A DNA stretch of 36,164 nucleotides from Bacteroidota bacterium (GCA_039196145.1 JBCCUY010000001.1:1-36164); one strand, 5' to 3'. Positions 1-9,992 are shown, numbered from the stretch's first letter. Translations and numbers: made by a program. Notes: a model not told the origin generated them from the letters alone.

Positions 1-44
1 GTCAGAAAATGAATATATCTGATAATAATTCCTAACATTCCTAT

Positions 45-52
45 TAAATTTG
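45..52 (+). promoter_or_regulatory. Bacteroidota sigma70 -7 element (TAAATTTG) for aspS
   Basis: Exact TAnnTTTG match 19 nt upstream of the aspS ATG. Confidence 0.7.
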
Positions 53-71
53 CCCCTCTATAATTAATGTC

Positions 72-1820
72 ATGTACAGAAGTAATACGTGTGGTGCCCT
101 AAGGGCATCCAACATCAATTCCGAAGTTGTTTTAAGTGGTTGGGTACATAAGGTTAGGGATAAGGGCTTTGTAGTTTGGATAGATCTTAGGGACCGCTAT
201 GGGATTACGCAGCTGGTGTTAGATCAAGATCGTACCCCTAAGGTGTTGTTGGAAAATGCAAGGGAGCTAGGCAGGGAAACCGTAATCCAGATCAAAGGTC
301 TGGTGATTGAGCGTGCCTCCAAAAACCCAAATATACCAACTGGTGATATTGAAGTACTTGTGCAGGAGCTCCAGGTTCTTAACGAATCTATTGTGCCTCC
401 CTTTACCATTGAGAACGATACCGATGGTGGTGAGGATATCCGAATGAAATATAGATATCTTGACATTCGAAGAAACCCGGTCAAGGAAAATCTCATTTTC
501 CGCCACAAAGTGACCATGGAAGTGCGCAAGTATCTTTCCGATGAAGGTTTTATTGAAGTGGAAACGCCCTATTTGATCAAATCCACTCCCGAAGGTGCAA
601 GGGATTTTTTGGTGCCGAGTCGTATGAACGAAGGTCAGTTTTACGCCTTGCCCCAATCCCCACAAACCTTTAAGCAGTTATTGATGGTGGGAGGAATGGA
701 CAAGTATTTTCAGATTGTGAAATGCTTTAGGGATGAGGACTTGAGAGCAGACCGTCAACCCGAGTTTACCCAGATAGATTGTGAAATGGCCTTTGTGGAA
801 CAGGAAGACATCCTCAACGCATTTGAAGGTCTTACCAAACATTTGCTCAAAGAAATTCATGGTATAATTACTCCCGACTTTCCACGAATCACCTATGACG
901 AAGCCATGCGAAAGTATGGTAACGACAAGCCAGATATCCGCTTCGGAATGGAGTTCGGGGAATTGAATGCTGTTGCCCAACATAAAGATTTTAAGGTGTT
1001 CAACGCAGCGGAATTGGTTGTGGGTATTGCCGTGCCTAGTGGAGCTTCGTATACCAGAAAAGAAATCGACAAGCTTGTTGACTGGGTGAAACGTCCCCAA
1101 GTTGGTGCCAAAGGCATGGTCTACGTCAAGTGCAATGAAGACGGTTCGTATAAGTCTTCCGTAGACAAGTTCTACGATCAGGAAGATTTGGCCAAATGGG
1201 CAGAAGTAACCAATGCCAAAGCAGGGGACCTAATTTGTGTTCTATCCGGAAATACCAACGAGACCAGAACACAACTCAGCGCGCTGCGAATGGAGTTGGC
1301 CGAACGATTGGGCCTCAGAAAACCGGATGAGTTTGCCCCACTTTGGGTGATTGATTTCCCATTACTAGAACTTGATGAGGAAACCGGAGCCTATCATGCC
1401 ATGCACCACCCATTCACTTCACCAAAACCGGGACAGTTGGAATTACTGGAAACCAATCCCGGTGGGGTCAAGGCCAACGCCTACGATTTGGTGCTGAATG
1501 GAAACGAAATTGGTGGAGGATCTATTCGTATCCATGATAAGGAGGTACAGGCAACCATGTTCAAACATCTTGGGTTTACCCCTGAAGAAGCACGGGAACA
1601 ATTTGGGTTTTTAATGGACGCATTTCTATACGGAGCCCCTCCCCATGGTGGTATCGCCTTTGGTTTAGATCGATTGGTGTCGATTTTGGGTGGACAGGAA
1701 ACCATTCGTGATTTCATTGCCTTCCCCAAAAACAACAGCGGAAGGGACGTTATGATCGATGCGCCGGCAACAATTGATGGGGAGCAGTTGAAGGAATTAG
1801 GCCTGAAGTTAATGTCATAA
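72..1820 (+). CDS. aspS: Aspartate--tRNA ligase
   Basis: N-terminal OB fold ([12 protein letters not shown]), class II motifs [18 protein letters not shown] and [12 protein letters not shown]; 582 aa. Confidence 0.98.
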   Translation: MYRSNTCGALRASNINSEVVLSGWVHKVRDKGFVVWIDLRDRYGITQLVLDQDRTPKVLLENARELGRETVIQIKGLVIERASKNPNIPTGDIEVLVQELQVLNESIVPPFTIENDTDGGEDIRMKYRYLDIRRNPVKENLIFRHKVTMEVRKYLSDEGFIEVETPYLIKSTPEGARDFLVPSRMNEGQFYALPQSPQTFKQLLMVGGMDKYFQIVKCFRDEDLRADRQPEFTQIDCEMAFVEQEDILNAFEGLTKHLLKEIHGIITPDFPRITYDEAMRKYGNDKPDIRFGMEFGELNAVAQHKDFKVFNAAELVVGIAVPSGASYTRKEIDKLVDWVKRPQVGAKGMVYVKCNEDGSYKSSVDKFYDQEDLAKWAEVTNAKAGDLICVLSGNTNETRTQLSALRMELAERLGLRKPDEFAPLWVIDFPLLELDEETGAYHAMHHPFTSPKPGQLELLETNPGGVKANAYDLVLNGNEIGGGSIRIHDKEVQATMFKHLGFTPEEAREQFGFLMDAFLYGAPPHGGIAFGLDRLVSILGGQETIRDFIAFPKNNSGRDVMIDAPATIDGEQLKELGLKLMS

Positions 1821-1830
1821 TCAAATATAA

Positions 1831-3408
1831 ATGGTAGTTCAGAACCCTATTTTAAACAAGTTTTTGGCCATTATATCCCTGGCTTTCCTGATTTCTTGTT
1901 CAACCGATGGTGAAAAGGAAATTGTAAGTGATGACACTCCCCTAGTTGAGGACACCACTCCGCCTACCATAAGCCTACAAGGACTTGTAGCCAATCAAGT
2001 TTTAACTGAAATAATCCAAATTTCCGCAGACCTATCCGATGATAATGATCAAAACGTCAATCTAAAGGTCCTTCTGGATTCAGAAGAAATCTATGACAGT
2101 AATTCCGCATATTCTTTTGAATTTGACCCGAATTTATATGCTCCGGGAGAAAAAACACTTCGATTCGTAGCAACCGATAACGCCAATAACGCCAATTCGA
2201 TTGAAATTAACGTCAAAATTCAACGCATACTACTTCGATTGATTATTGAGGAAGATTACATACGGAATCCCATAGACAAGGCCTATGCATTTCTATCGGA
2301 TCTCCAAGGCAACCCATTGGATAGTACAGAAATTGGCAACCAAACAGACCATACGTTCCTTGCTCCCTTTAGCTTTGACGATCAACAAGACTTTGTTTTG
2401 ACAGTAGTGGCCAAAGAAGTTAATGGCGCCATTAATATAGAGTCGACTCCCCACCTAAACCGAGAAATAGTATCGGATTTTTATCTCAAAAATGAAGGTA
2501 GGTTTGACTTTGAATCAATACAAATTGAATATGGTTCCACAGGGTTTTCACATCTTGAAGGGCTTGGATATGGGTATTTTATTTTTACCCCCGATCAGAA
2601 CGTCGGTACCTTGGATTTGTTAGATAGACAAAACCCAACCGAACACATCTTTGTTTTATCCCCAGGAGGCCCTGTAAACGGAACGCATTTTGTCGCCAAG
2701 CTTGAAAGGAATACCATTTCTGACCCTTTAGTACTAACCTCGGATGATTTCAGCTCAGACAATATATCGGTCCGAGACTTTCCGTACGCGGATACTTCCC
2801 AGATCGGTCTCCTCGGTTACGAAAGTGAGGATGATTTTCAAAATTACAGATTTCACAATGTATTGTTCGGAGTTGGCCAAATCATAAATTCCAATAGAAT
2901 TCTGCATCCCTATGTGGATAACCTTCCCTTTTACAGTCACTCCTATACCGACCTCTACGGCACCAATTTGGATGGTTACAGGTATCTTGGTGAAGGACTC
3001 CCGTTAAATGAATATAATCCTGCAGTAACTGACCTTGTGACCACTTTGGGTAACGCATCATTAAATATATCCCTTACACCTACAACTAATTTCTTTAGTG
3101 GGAAAATCCACCTAAAATCCGAAAACCAAAACTCAAATTGGGTTGTAGGTTTTAACGCTTATATGGATAAGGATTTAGCTCTGCCAAAAATGCCCAACTT
3201 GGGAGGGTTGGAAACTCTTGACCTTACAGACTATTCGATTAAATCCTCTCGAATTTCCCAGTATGACAATGTTTCGTCTTATGATGAATACATAACGAAG
3301 GTAAAAAGTATGGCAATCAACTATTACCAACATTCTTCGTTTGTGGAACATATTACCGTATGGCCCGAACTTAACAATCGTGAAGAATACCTGGATCCAC
3401 TTCAATAA
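1831..3408 (+). CDS. Lipoprotein with N-terminal bacterial Ig-like domain, function unknown
   Basis: Lipobox FLISC; DTTPPTISL...LRFVATDNANN Ig-like signature; acidic, beta-rich C-terminal region. Confidence 0.75.
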   Translation: MVVQNPILNKFLAIISLAFLISCSTDGEKEIVSDDTPLVEDTTPPTISLQGLVANQVLTEIIQISADLSDDNDQNVNLKVLLDSEEIYDSNSAYSFEFDPNLYAPGEKTLRFVATDNANNANSIEINVKIQRILLRLIIEEDYIRNPIDKAYAFLSDLQGNPLDSTEIGNQTDHTFLAPFSFDDQQDFVLTVVAKEVNGAINIESTPHLNREIVSDFYLKNEGRFDFESIQIEYGSTGFSHLEGLGYGYFIFTPDQNVGTLDLLDRQNPTEHIFVLSPGGPVNGTHFVAKLERNTISDPLVLTSDDFSSDNISVRDFPYADTSQIGLLGYESEDDFQNYRFHNVLFGVGQIINSNRILHPYVDNLPFYSHSYTDLYGTNLDGYRYLGEGLPLNEYNPAVTDLVTTLGNASLNISLTPTTNFFSGKIHLKSENQNSNWVVGFNAYMDKDLALPKMPNLGGLETLDLTDYSIKSSRISQYDNVSSYDEYITKVKSMAINYYQHSSFVEHITVWPELNNREEYLDPLQ

Positions 3409-3497
3409 GTTTGGCTTGAATTCCAGTACTTCGACCAATCTATCCTTTTTTTTGCGAATTTTGGTTTTAATTATTCCGTACGCTAAGCTTTCGTAAA

Positions 3498-5279
3498 GTG
3501 GGTTACGCCAAAAATGCGCTTAAGAAATTTTTAAAGTGGCGATATAAAAATATCTCCAACAAAACCTTCGTGCATATCATGAGTGTTGTGGTTGGGTTTT
3601 TGGCAGGATTGGCTGCAGTTTCCCTTAAGAACATCACCTATTTTATCCAAGCCTTATTGGAAGGAGGAATCGTAATTTCTGAAAACCAACTTTACTTTAT
3701 TCTTCCGGTAATCGGTTTGACCTTGGTTTACCTATATGTGAAATTTGTGCACAAAAGACCGATTCAGCATGCCGTTTCTTCCATAATTTTCTCACTCTCC
3801 AAAAAGGGAGGCCTATTGTCGACCAAAAACATTTACACCCCACTAATTGCTGCGCCGTTGACAGTAGGTTTTGGTGGGTCGGTAGGATTGCTGGGACCTG
3901 CGGTTAAATCCGGTTCGGCCATAAGTTCCAACTTGAGTAGGTTGTTCCATATTGATGCGAAGACCCGTTCGCTCTTAGTGGCTTGCGCATCGGCCGGGGC
4001 TATTTCGTCCATTTTTCAATCCCCTATTGCAGCCATCATTTTTGCTGTGGAAGTGTTTACCCTGGATCTTACCATGCTTTCTATGCTTCCTTTGTTATTG
4101 GCCTCCATTTCTGGGGTACTTACCTCGTACTTCTTTTTGGGAAACGAAGTACTCTTTAGCTTTTCCCTTTCTGAAGGGTTTGAACTAAAAGACACTTTCT
4201 TTTACATTATATTAGGTGTGGGCACGGCCTTTGCCTCTATTTACTTTACCAAAATGTACTTTGCCATTCTTGGCTTTTTTAAACGATTTAAAAGTCCCAA
4301 ATACAAACTTTTGGTTGGGGGAATTGCCATAGGAATAATGCTCTACGCCATTCCACCGCTTTACGGGGAGGGCTTTGGGTTTATCAACAATTTATTGGAA
4401 GGTAATCACCTTAAAGCACTTGGGAATACCCCATTTGACGCTTTTACCGATAACATCTGGGTCGTTATAGCCCTTTTGTTTGGAATTACCATTTTTAAGG
4501 CCATTGCCATGACCACCACCTTTGCAGCGGGAGGCGCTGGTGGAACCTTTATTCCTACCATGGTCATGGGAAGTGCACTAGGGAACGTAGTGGCCAAGGT
4601 TATAAATAATCTTGGATTCGGATTTGATGTTTCCGAAAGTAATTTTACTCTCATTGGTATGGCCGGATTGATTGCTGGGGTAATCCACGCGCCGCTTACG
4701 GCAATATTCTTGATTGCGGAGATTACAGGGGGCTATCAACTTTTTGTACCCTTGATGATTACCGCTTCCATATCCTATCTCATCACCAAAAATGCGTTGG
4801 ACTATTCCATATATACCAAAGAACTAGCTAAAATTGGTGCGGTTTTGACCCATAACAAAGATCAAATGGTCCTAGGTCTTATGGAGATGGACAATGTGAT
4901 TGAAACCAACTTTAAATCTGTACACCCGGAAATGTCCTTGGGTGAAATGCTCCACCAATCCGTAAGCCAGTCCAAAAGGAACATTTTTCCGGTACTGGAT
5001 GAGCAACAAAAGCTGATGGGCATCATAGTATTGGACGATATCCGTGAATTCATGTTCGATACCGATCTTTATAAGACCATCTTCGTCAAAAATCTGATGC
5101 ATGCTCCCCCGGAACATATTTTTTATGACTCGGACAACATGAAAAAGGTCATGCAAAAGTTCCAGGATAGTGGTGCATGGAACCTTCCCGTAATCAAAGA
5201 TGGGAAATACCTTGGCTTTATCTCCAAATCAAAATTGTTGACGGCGTACCGAAGAAAACTGATAAACTACACAAGATGA
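3498..5279 (+). CDS. ClC-family chloride channel/transporter with C-terminal CBS pair (GTG start)
   Basis: GGSVGxxGP, GGTFIP, HAPLTAIFLIAEITG and SIY motifs; two CBS domains at the C-terminus. Confidence 0.92.
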   Translation: MGYAKNALKKFLKWRYKNISNKTFVHIMSVVVGFLAGLAAVSLKNITYFIQALLEGGIVISENQLYFILPVIGLTLVYLYVKFVHKRPIQHAVSSIIFSLSKKGGLLSTKNIYTPLIAAPLTVGFGGSVGLLGPAVKSGSAISSNLSRLFHIDAKTRSLLVACASAGAISSIFQSPIAAIIFAVEVFTLDLTMLSMLPLLLASISGVLTSYFFLGNEVLFSFSLSEGFELKDTFFYIILGVGTAFASIYFTKMYFAILGFFKRFKSPKYKLLVGGIAIGIMLYAIPPLYGEGFGFINNLLEGNHLKALGNTPFDAFTDNIWVVIALLFGITIFKAIAMTTTFAAGGAGGTFIPTMVMGSALGNVVAKVINNLGFGFDVSESNFTLIGMAGLIAGVIHAPLTAIFLIAEITGGYQLFVPLMITASISYLITKNALDYSIYTKELAKIGAVLTHNKDQMVLGLMEMDNVIETNFKSVHPEMSLGEMLHQSVSQSKRNIFPVLDEQQKLMGIIVLDDIREFMFDTDLYKTIFVKNLMHAPPEHIFYDSDNMKKVMQKFQDSGAWNLPVIKDGKYLGFISKSKLLTAYRRKLINYTR

Positions 5280-5533
5280 AAATGAGATATATTGTTCTGC
5301 TTGTGCTATTGGCTTCTGCAACTTCCATCATCTATGGTTTTAGCATAAAAGAAGAAAACCCAAAGGGCGGTAATAAATTCATAGGTATTGGGACCGTAGG
5401 ACTTTTCCTTGTGGCAATGCCGCTTTTTTTGATAAAGGAAAGTAAGGGCAAAAACATGAAAGATTATATGTTAACGCGGGAGAATATTAAAAAGATGCAA
5501 GAAAAGGGAGAGAAAAATACTGAGAATCAATAA
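5276..5533 (+). CDS. Small two-TM membrane protein (85 aa, MKMRYIVLL...)
   Basis: ATG at 5276 overlaps the ClC stop (ATGA); two hydrophobic segments; the 5177 start in the ORF track lies well inside the ClC gene. Confidence 0.75.
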   Translation: MKMRYIVLLVLLASATSIIYGFSIKEENPKGGNKFIGIGTVGLFLVAMPLFLIKESKGKNMKDYMLTRENIKKMQEKGEKNTENQ

Positions 5534-5613
5534 TTTTCTTAAGATTTAAAGTGGAATTCTCCCAAAGCAATCCAAAAAAAGCTACATTAGTACTTTAACA
5601 ATTATTTATTTTA

Positions 5614-5808
5614 ATGACTGGCACAGTAAAATTTTTTAATGGATCTAAAGGTTATGGGTTCATTACCAACGACGACACAGGAAAGGACATTTTTGTTCAT
5701 GTAACCGCATTGAACGGAGTGGAACTAAACGAAGGTGACAAAGTAGAATACCAAGAAGAAGAGGGAAGAAAAGGAATGGTTGCTGCACAAGTGCAGGTAA
5801 TCGGATAA
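5614..5808 (+). CDS. Cold-shock protein (CspA family)
   Basis: RNP1 KGYGFI and RNP2 IFVH motifs; 64 aa. Confidence 0.96.
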   Translation: MTGTVKFFNGSKGYGFITNDDTGKDIFVHVTALNGVELNEGDKVEYQEEEGRKGMVAAQVQVIG

Positions 5809-5832
5809 CAATATTTTATTTTGATTAAGTTG

Positions 5833-5862
5833 AACCCCTGATATAAACATCAGGGGTTTTTT
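5833..5862 (+). terminator. Intrinsic terminator after csp
   Basis: AACCCCTGAT-ataaac-ATCAGGGGTT perfect 10-bp stem running into a T tract. Confidence 0.88.
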
Positions 5863-5880
5863 GATGGATTATAGCAAGAT

Positions 5881-6252
5881 TTATTGTTTTTCCTTATCCT
5901 TTTTATCCAAAGGGCAGGAACATAAAGCTGCATAAAGTGCTGAATTTTTTTTCTTGTCCAATTTTGAACAAACTGTAGGCTTTCTGCAACCTTTCTTGGC
6001 TCCACTTTTCTTCACTGGACTTTCTCCAGATTGGCATCTGGCAATTCCATCCATAATTCCTTTGGCATACTCAATTTGTCCCTTATTCCTCCATTCATCC
6101 GCATGCCTTTCTCCTACTCGCATTGCTTGCGAGCTATTGCAATACATTTTTGCGGTATTCAACCCTTGTTCAAAGGTCCACTTTTCCTGAGCACTGGAAA
6201 AGAAGACCATCGTTAATCCCAAAACCAAAGTCATGTAAATTTTCATATCCAT
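5881..6252 (-). CDS. Small secreted Cys/Lys-rich hypothetical protein
   Basis: Signal peptide ending FFSSA-QE; six Cys; Lys-rich C-terminal half; AT-rich leader. Confidence 0.65.
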   Translation of the reverse strand: MDMKIYMTLVLGLTMVFFSSAQEKWTFEQGLNTAKMYCNSSQAMRVGERHADEWRNKGQIEYAKGIMDGIARCQSGESPVKKSGAKKGCRKPTVCSKLDKKKNSALYAALCSCPLDKKDKEKQ

Positions 6253-6435
6253 TATTTATTAGTTAATTCCAATAAATATAAGTAATCTTTTTCTTACAGT
6301 TTAAGATATGGTTCATATGAAAACTGCGAGCACCACACCTTACTTTGAGTGGGGTATAGGCCTATGGCTTTGTTTGAAATTGTTAAAAGGGAATTGGGCT
6401 AAGTTGTCCCAACAATTTGGTTAATGGTCAAGACG

Positions 6436-6891
6436 TCAATTCAAATTCCTCCGCTGGATAAAAAAACGTTTTAGCATTTCTGAAGCTTCGTTTTCCATAA
6501 TCCCACCAACTACTTCAGTTTTGGGATGTAAATGTCCTCCCATTACATTAAAGCCCCTTTCTAAATCCTTGGCACCGTAGACCACCTTGGAAATCTGGCT
6601 CCAATACAAAGCCCCAGCGCACATTTGGCAAGGTTCTAAAGTTACATAAAGAGTGCATCCATGAAGATATTTGCCTCCCAGAAAATTGGAGGCGGCGGTA
6701 ATGGCTTGCATTTCGGCATGCGCGGTAACGTCCATTAACCGTTCCGTGAGGTTATGGGCCTTACCTATTATTCTGTTGTTGACTACCACAACGGCACCTA
6801 CGGGAACCTCCCCACTTTGATAGGCAAGTTCAGCCTCTTGCAGGGCTTTTTTCATGAAGTAGTTATCATCAAAAGGTGTTACCATGGCCAT
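6436..6891 (-). CDS. tadA: Zn-dependent nucleoside deaminase, tRNA adenosine deaminase TadA-like
   Basis: GEVPVGAVVV, TAHAE and TLEPCQMCAGA motifs. Confidence 0.85.
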   Translation of the reverse strand: MAMVTPFDDNYFMKKALQEAELAYQSGEVPVGAVVVVNNRIIGKAHNLTERLMDVTAHAEMQAITAASNFLGGKYLHGCTLYVTLEPCQMCAGALYWSQISKVVYGAKDLERGFNVMGGHLHPKTEVVGGIMENEASEMLKRFFIQRRNLN

Positions 6892-6936
6892 CTTAAAACT
6901 TGAAGCACAATAGTAGTTATTAATCCCATTGAAAAC

Positions 6937-6963
6937 AAAAAACCCTCTGCAAAAACAGAGGGT
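6937..6963 (-). terminator. Intrinsic terminator of the 6990..8075 lipoprotein gene
   Basis: ACCCTCTG/CAGAGGGT 8-bp stem followed by a U run on the minus strand. Confidence 0.8.
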
Positions 6964-6989
6964 CTTTCCAATTCTTGGTCGGGATCGGT

Positions 6990-8075
6990 TTATTCTTTTT
7001 CAAAGTAAATGATATAGGTTTCGCCCTGTCCAAAATCTTCATTTATGATCAGGCTATTACCATCCAATTCTATAATACCGTCAAAGACCAATTCGCCCTC
7101 ACCGGCATTTAGCACTTCGGAATCTGTTTCTTCTTTATACGTTTCTGTATACTTATATTCAACGATGGTCAATCGCTTGGTCTCCGCAACATATGCCCAG
7201 TTCCCCTCACCTCTGTAGCTGTAGTCATACTCCTTATACGTAACATCACAAGTTTCTGCAAAAACGGCATCATCCAAGAACTCATCAACACCGCTTGACT
7301 CCGTCACATAGGTTCCATCCGCGTTCAAAATGAGAACCGCTGCATCCAAAGTTTCGCACTCGGTAACAGATTTATACGATTCATCAAGACTACAATACGT
7401 AGAATACTCATCACAGTTTTTCTCGCCAATGATCTCTGTGGTGGTCTCACCATTATAGGTATCCTCATATTGCTTAATGTTCCAAGATCCTGAAATGGCA
7501 CTATTGCCCCCCCAGCTTTCAACGGTAACACAAACTTCTTCCGGGGCACTAATATTCCCTTCGGCATCGTAAACACAGATAACATAACAGAAAGTTCCCG
7601 GTTCAATATTGGTATTGAAGTCAACATCCAATTCAACCTCGGTATCTTCTTTGGCCGTTCTTGAAGAAAGTCTACCTTTCTTACCTGTTGCCTTATTAGA
7701 GGAATTGGCCGCCAAATCAATATCATAATAGGTATCCGATACCGTCCCATCATTGGACTTAAATTGAATATAGGCACCGGTTATCGCTCCATCGGAACTC
7801 AATGGGACATCAAAGCCCTCGCCCAACAAAGCAGTTTTGGAAGCTTTGGACACATCAAGTGAAATAGCTTCATTCGGGGTAGGTGGTGTTCCTGTTTCCT
7901 TTTGCCCTCCGGCAATGACCACATTATCCGAGACCACATCTATCTCTAAAGGGGTCTGTTCAAGTGCTTCGATGGCCTGATCATTATCTGTATTTAGGCT
8001 AGAAGATTCGTCTTTGCTGCAAGATGCAAAAAGTACCAAAGCAGCCAAGGTCAAGGTTTTAAGGTTGTTGTTCAT
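6990..8075 (-). CDS. Acidic lipoprotein with probable lipocalin-like C-terminal domain
   Basis: Lipobox LFASC followed by SKDE; ISGSW...LILNADGTY...GNW pattern resembling Bacteroidota lipocalin-like domains. Confidence 0.7.
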   Translation of the reverse strand: MNNNLKTLTLAALVLFASCSKDESSSLNTDNDQAIEALEQTPLEIDVVSDNVVIAGGQKETGTPPTPNEAISLDVSKASKTALLGEGFDVPLSSDGAITGAYIQFKSNDGTVSDTYYDIDLAANSSNKATGKKGRLSSRTAKEDTEVELDVDFNTNIEPGTFCYVICVYDAEGNISAPEEVCVTVESWGGNSAISGSWNIKQYEDTYNGETTTEIIGEKNCDEYSTYCSLDESYKSVTECETLDAAVLILNADGTYVTESSGVDEFLDDAVFAETCDVTYKEYDYSYRGEGNWAYVAETKRLTIVEYKYTETYKEETDSEVLNAGEGELVFDGIIELDGNSLIINEDFGQGETYIIYFEKE

Positions 8076-8187
8076 TTTAAATAAAGGATTTTATGGTTTT
8101 CAGCTGCCTAAACTAGCTTAGTTTGGATAGTTTTAAGAATCTTTGTTGTAGGGAACGGACAAACCCGTTGTCAAAGCTTAAAAACTG

Positions 8188-8195
8188 TAGTTTTG
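8188..8195 (+). promoter_or_regulatory. -7 element (TAGTTTTG) for dxs
   Basis: Exact TAnnTTTG with upstream TTG at 8168-8170; supports ATG 8211 as the start. Confidence 0.65.
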
Positions 8196-8210
8196 CATTT
8201 TAATCCCACA

Positions 8211-9992
8211 ATGGACTACCCTTTATTGAGCAACATAAACAGCCCCAAGGATTTAAAAAAAGTCCCGAAAAAAGACCTCCCATCCCTTGCGAAGGAACTT
8301 CGAAGATTTATCATTGATATAGTTTCCACAAAGGAGGGGCATCTTGGTGCAAGTCTAGGAGTGGTCGAACTCACCATAGCGCTCCATTATGTTTTTGACA
8401 CCCCAAAAGATAAACTGATTTGGGATGTGGGTCATCAAGCCTACGGGCATAAAATCCTGACGGGCAGAAAGGAGATTTTTGACACCAACAGACAATTGGG
8501 CGGTATTAGCGGATTTCCCAAAAGGAGCGAAAGTTTATATGATAACTTTGGAACCGGTCATAGTTCCACGGCCATTTCTGCAATTCTTGGAATGGCCCTT
8601 ACCTCAAAACTAAAGGGAGATACTACCACCCAACATATTGCTGTTGTTGGAGATGCCTCAATCGCAAGCGGAATGGCTTTCGAAGGATTGAACCATTTAG
8701 GGGTTACTAACACCAACGTCCTGATAATTTTAAATGACAATGCCATTGGTATTGACCCCAGTGTTGGAGCCCTTAAAAAATACTTGACCAATGTGAAGGC
8801 TGGTACCGCAAAAGATGAGAACATTTTTGAATGTCTCAACCTAAATTATTCAGGACCTATTGACGGACACGACTTAAATACCTTGACATCTGAGCTTCGT
8901 CGGTTGCAATCGCTTTCCGGACCAAAACTCCTTCATGTGATCACCACCAAGGGCAAGGGACTTAAAAAAGCAGAAGAAAACCAGGTGATCTACCATGCGC
9001 CAGGGAAATTTGACAAACATACCGGGGAACGCATCAAAAAAGATAGTACCGCCCAACCACCAAAATATCAAGATGTTTTTGGACACACTATTGTAGAATT
9101 GGCCAGAGAAAATGAAAAAATTGTGGGCATTACCCCGGCCATGCCCACGGGAAGCTCCATGAAATTTATGATGGATGAGATTCCAGCAAGGGCATTTGAT
9201 GTAGGAATCGCAGAACAGCATGCCGTGACCTTAGCAGCAGGAATGGCCTCTGAAGGATACATTCCATTTTGCAATATCTACTCCACTTTTTTACAAAGAG
9301 CTTATGACCAAGTTATCCATGATGTAGCCCTGCAAAACTTACCTGTCATCTTTTGTTTGGATCGTGCTGGTCTTGTTGGCCAGGATGGGCCAACCCATCA
9401 TGGTGTTTTTGATTTGGCCTATTTAAGATGTATTCCAAACCTCACGGTCTTTGCGCCAATGAATGAAATGGAACTTAGAAATATCCTGTTCACCGCACAA
9501 ATGGGATTAAAAGGACCAATTGCCATAAGATATCCTCGCGGAAGAGGTGCCAACTTGGACTGGAAAAGCAAGTTTGAACCCATTGAAATAGGCACAGCCC
9601 GATCTTTGAAAAAAGGGTTGGACGTGGCCATCTTATCCCTGGGACATATTGGAAATACGGTCACCAAAGTTTTGGAAGGCTTGGGTCAACCTGAACGTGT
9701 GGGACACTATGATATGCGATTTGTCAAACCACTAGATCAAAACACGCTTAAAACCGTTTTCGAAACCTATGACCATATTGTCACTGTAGAGGATGGCTGT
9801 GCCCTGGGAGGATTTGGGTCTGCAGTCCTGGAGTTCGCAAACGCACAGAATTATCGAAATCCCGTTAAACTTTTTGGCATACCGGATAAGTTTGTTGAAC
9901 ATGGAACAATGGGTGACACCCACACCTTGGCTGGTATAGATTTTGATGCACTATTTTCTTATATAAAATCAACCTTAAACCAATGCGATTAA
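8211..9992 (+). CDS. dxs: 1-deoxy-D-xylulose-5-phosphate synthase
   Basis: GHLGASLGVVEL, WDVGHQAYGHK, ThDP motif GDA...NDN, DRAGLVGQDGPTHHG. Confidence 0.96.
   Translation: MDYPLLSNINSPKDLKKVPKKDLPSLAKELRRFIIDIVSTKEGHLGASLGVVELTIALHYVFDTPKDKLIWDVGHQAYGHKILTGRKEIFDTNRQLGGISGFPKRSESLYDNFGTGHSSTAISAILGMALTSKLKGDTTTQHIAVVGDASIASGMAFEGLNHLGVTNTNVLIILNDNAIGIDPSVGALKKYLTNVKAGTAKDENIFECLNLNYSGPIDGHDLNTLTSELRRLQSLSGPKLLHVITTKGKGLKKAEENQVIYHAPGKFDKHTGERIKKDSTAQPPKYQDVFGHTIVELARENEKIVGITPAMPTGSSMKFMMDEIPARAFDVGIAEQHAVTLAAGMASEGYIPFCNIYSTFLQRAYDQVIHDVALQNLPVIFCLDRAGLVGQDGPTHHGVFDLAYLRCIPNLTVFAPMNEMELRNILFTAQMGLKGPIAIRYPRGRGANLDWKSKFEPIEIGTARSLKKGLDVAILSLGHIGNTVTKVLEGLGQPERVGHYDMRFVKPLDQNTLKTVFETYDHIVTVEDGCALGGFGSAVLEFANAQNYRNPVKLFGIPDKFVEHGTMGDTHTLAGIDFDALFSYIKSTLNQCD

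Noticed and set aside
3410-3453. Terminator after the Ig-domain lipoprotein
   Set aside because: Stem is weak and separated from the T run by 7 nt
8147-8159. Possible LytTR half-site (TGTAGGGAACGGA) upstream of the 6990..8075 lipoprotein
   Set aside because: No second repeat at 21-bp spacing
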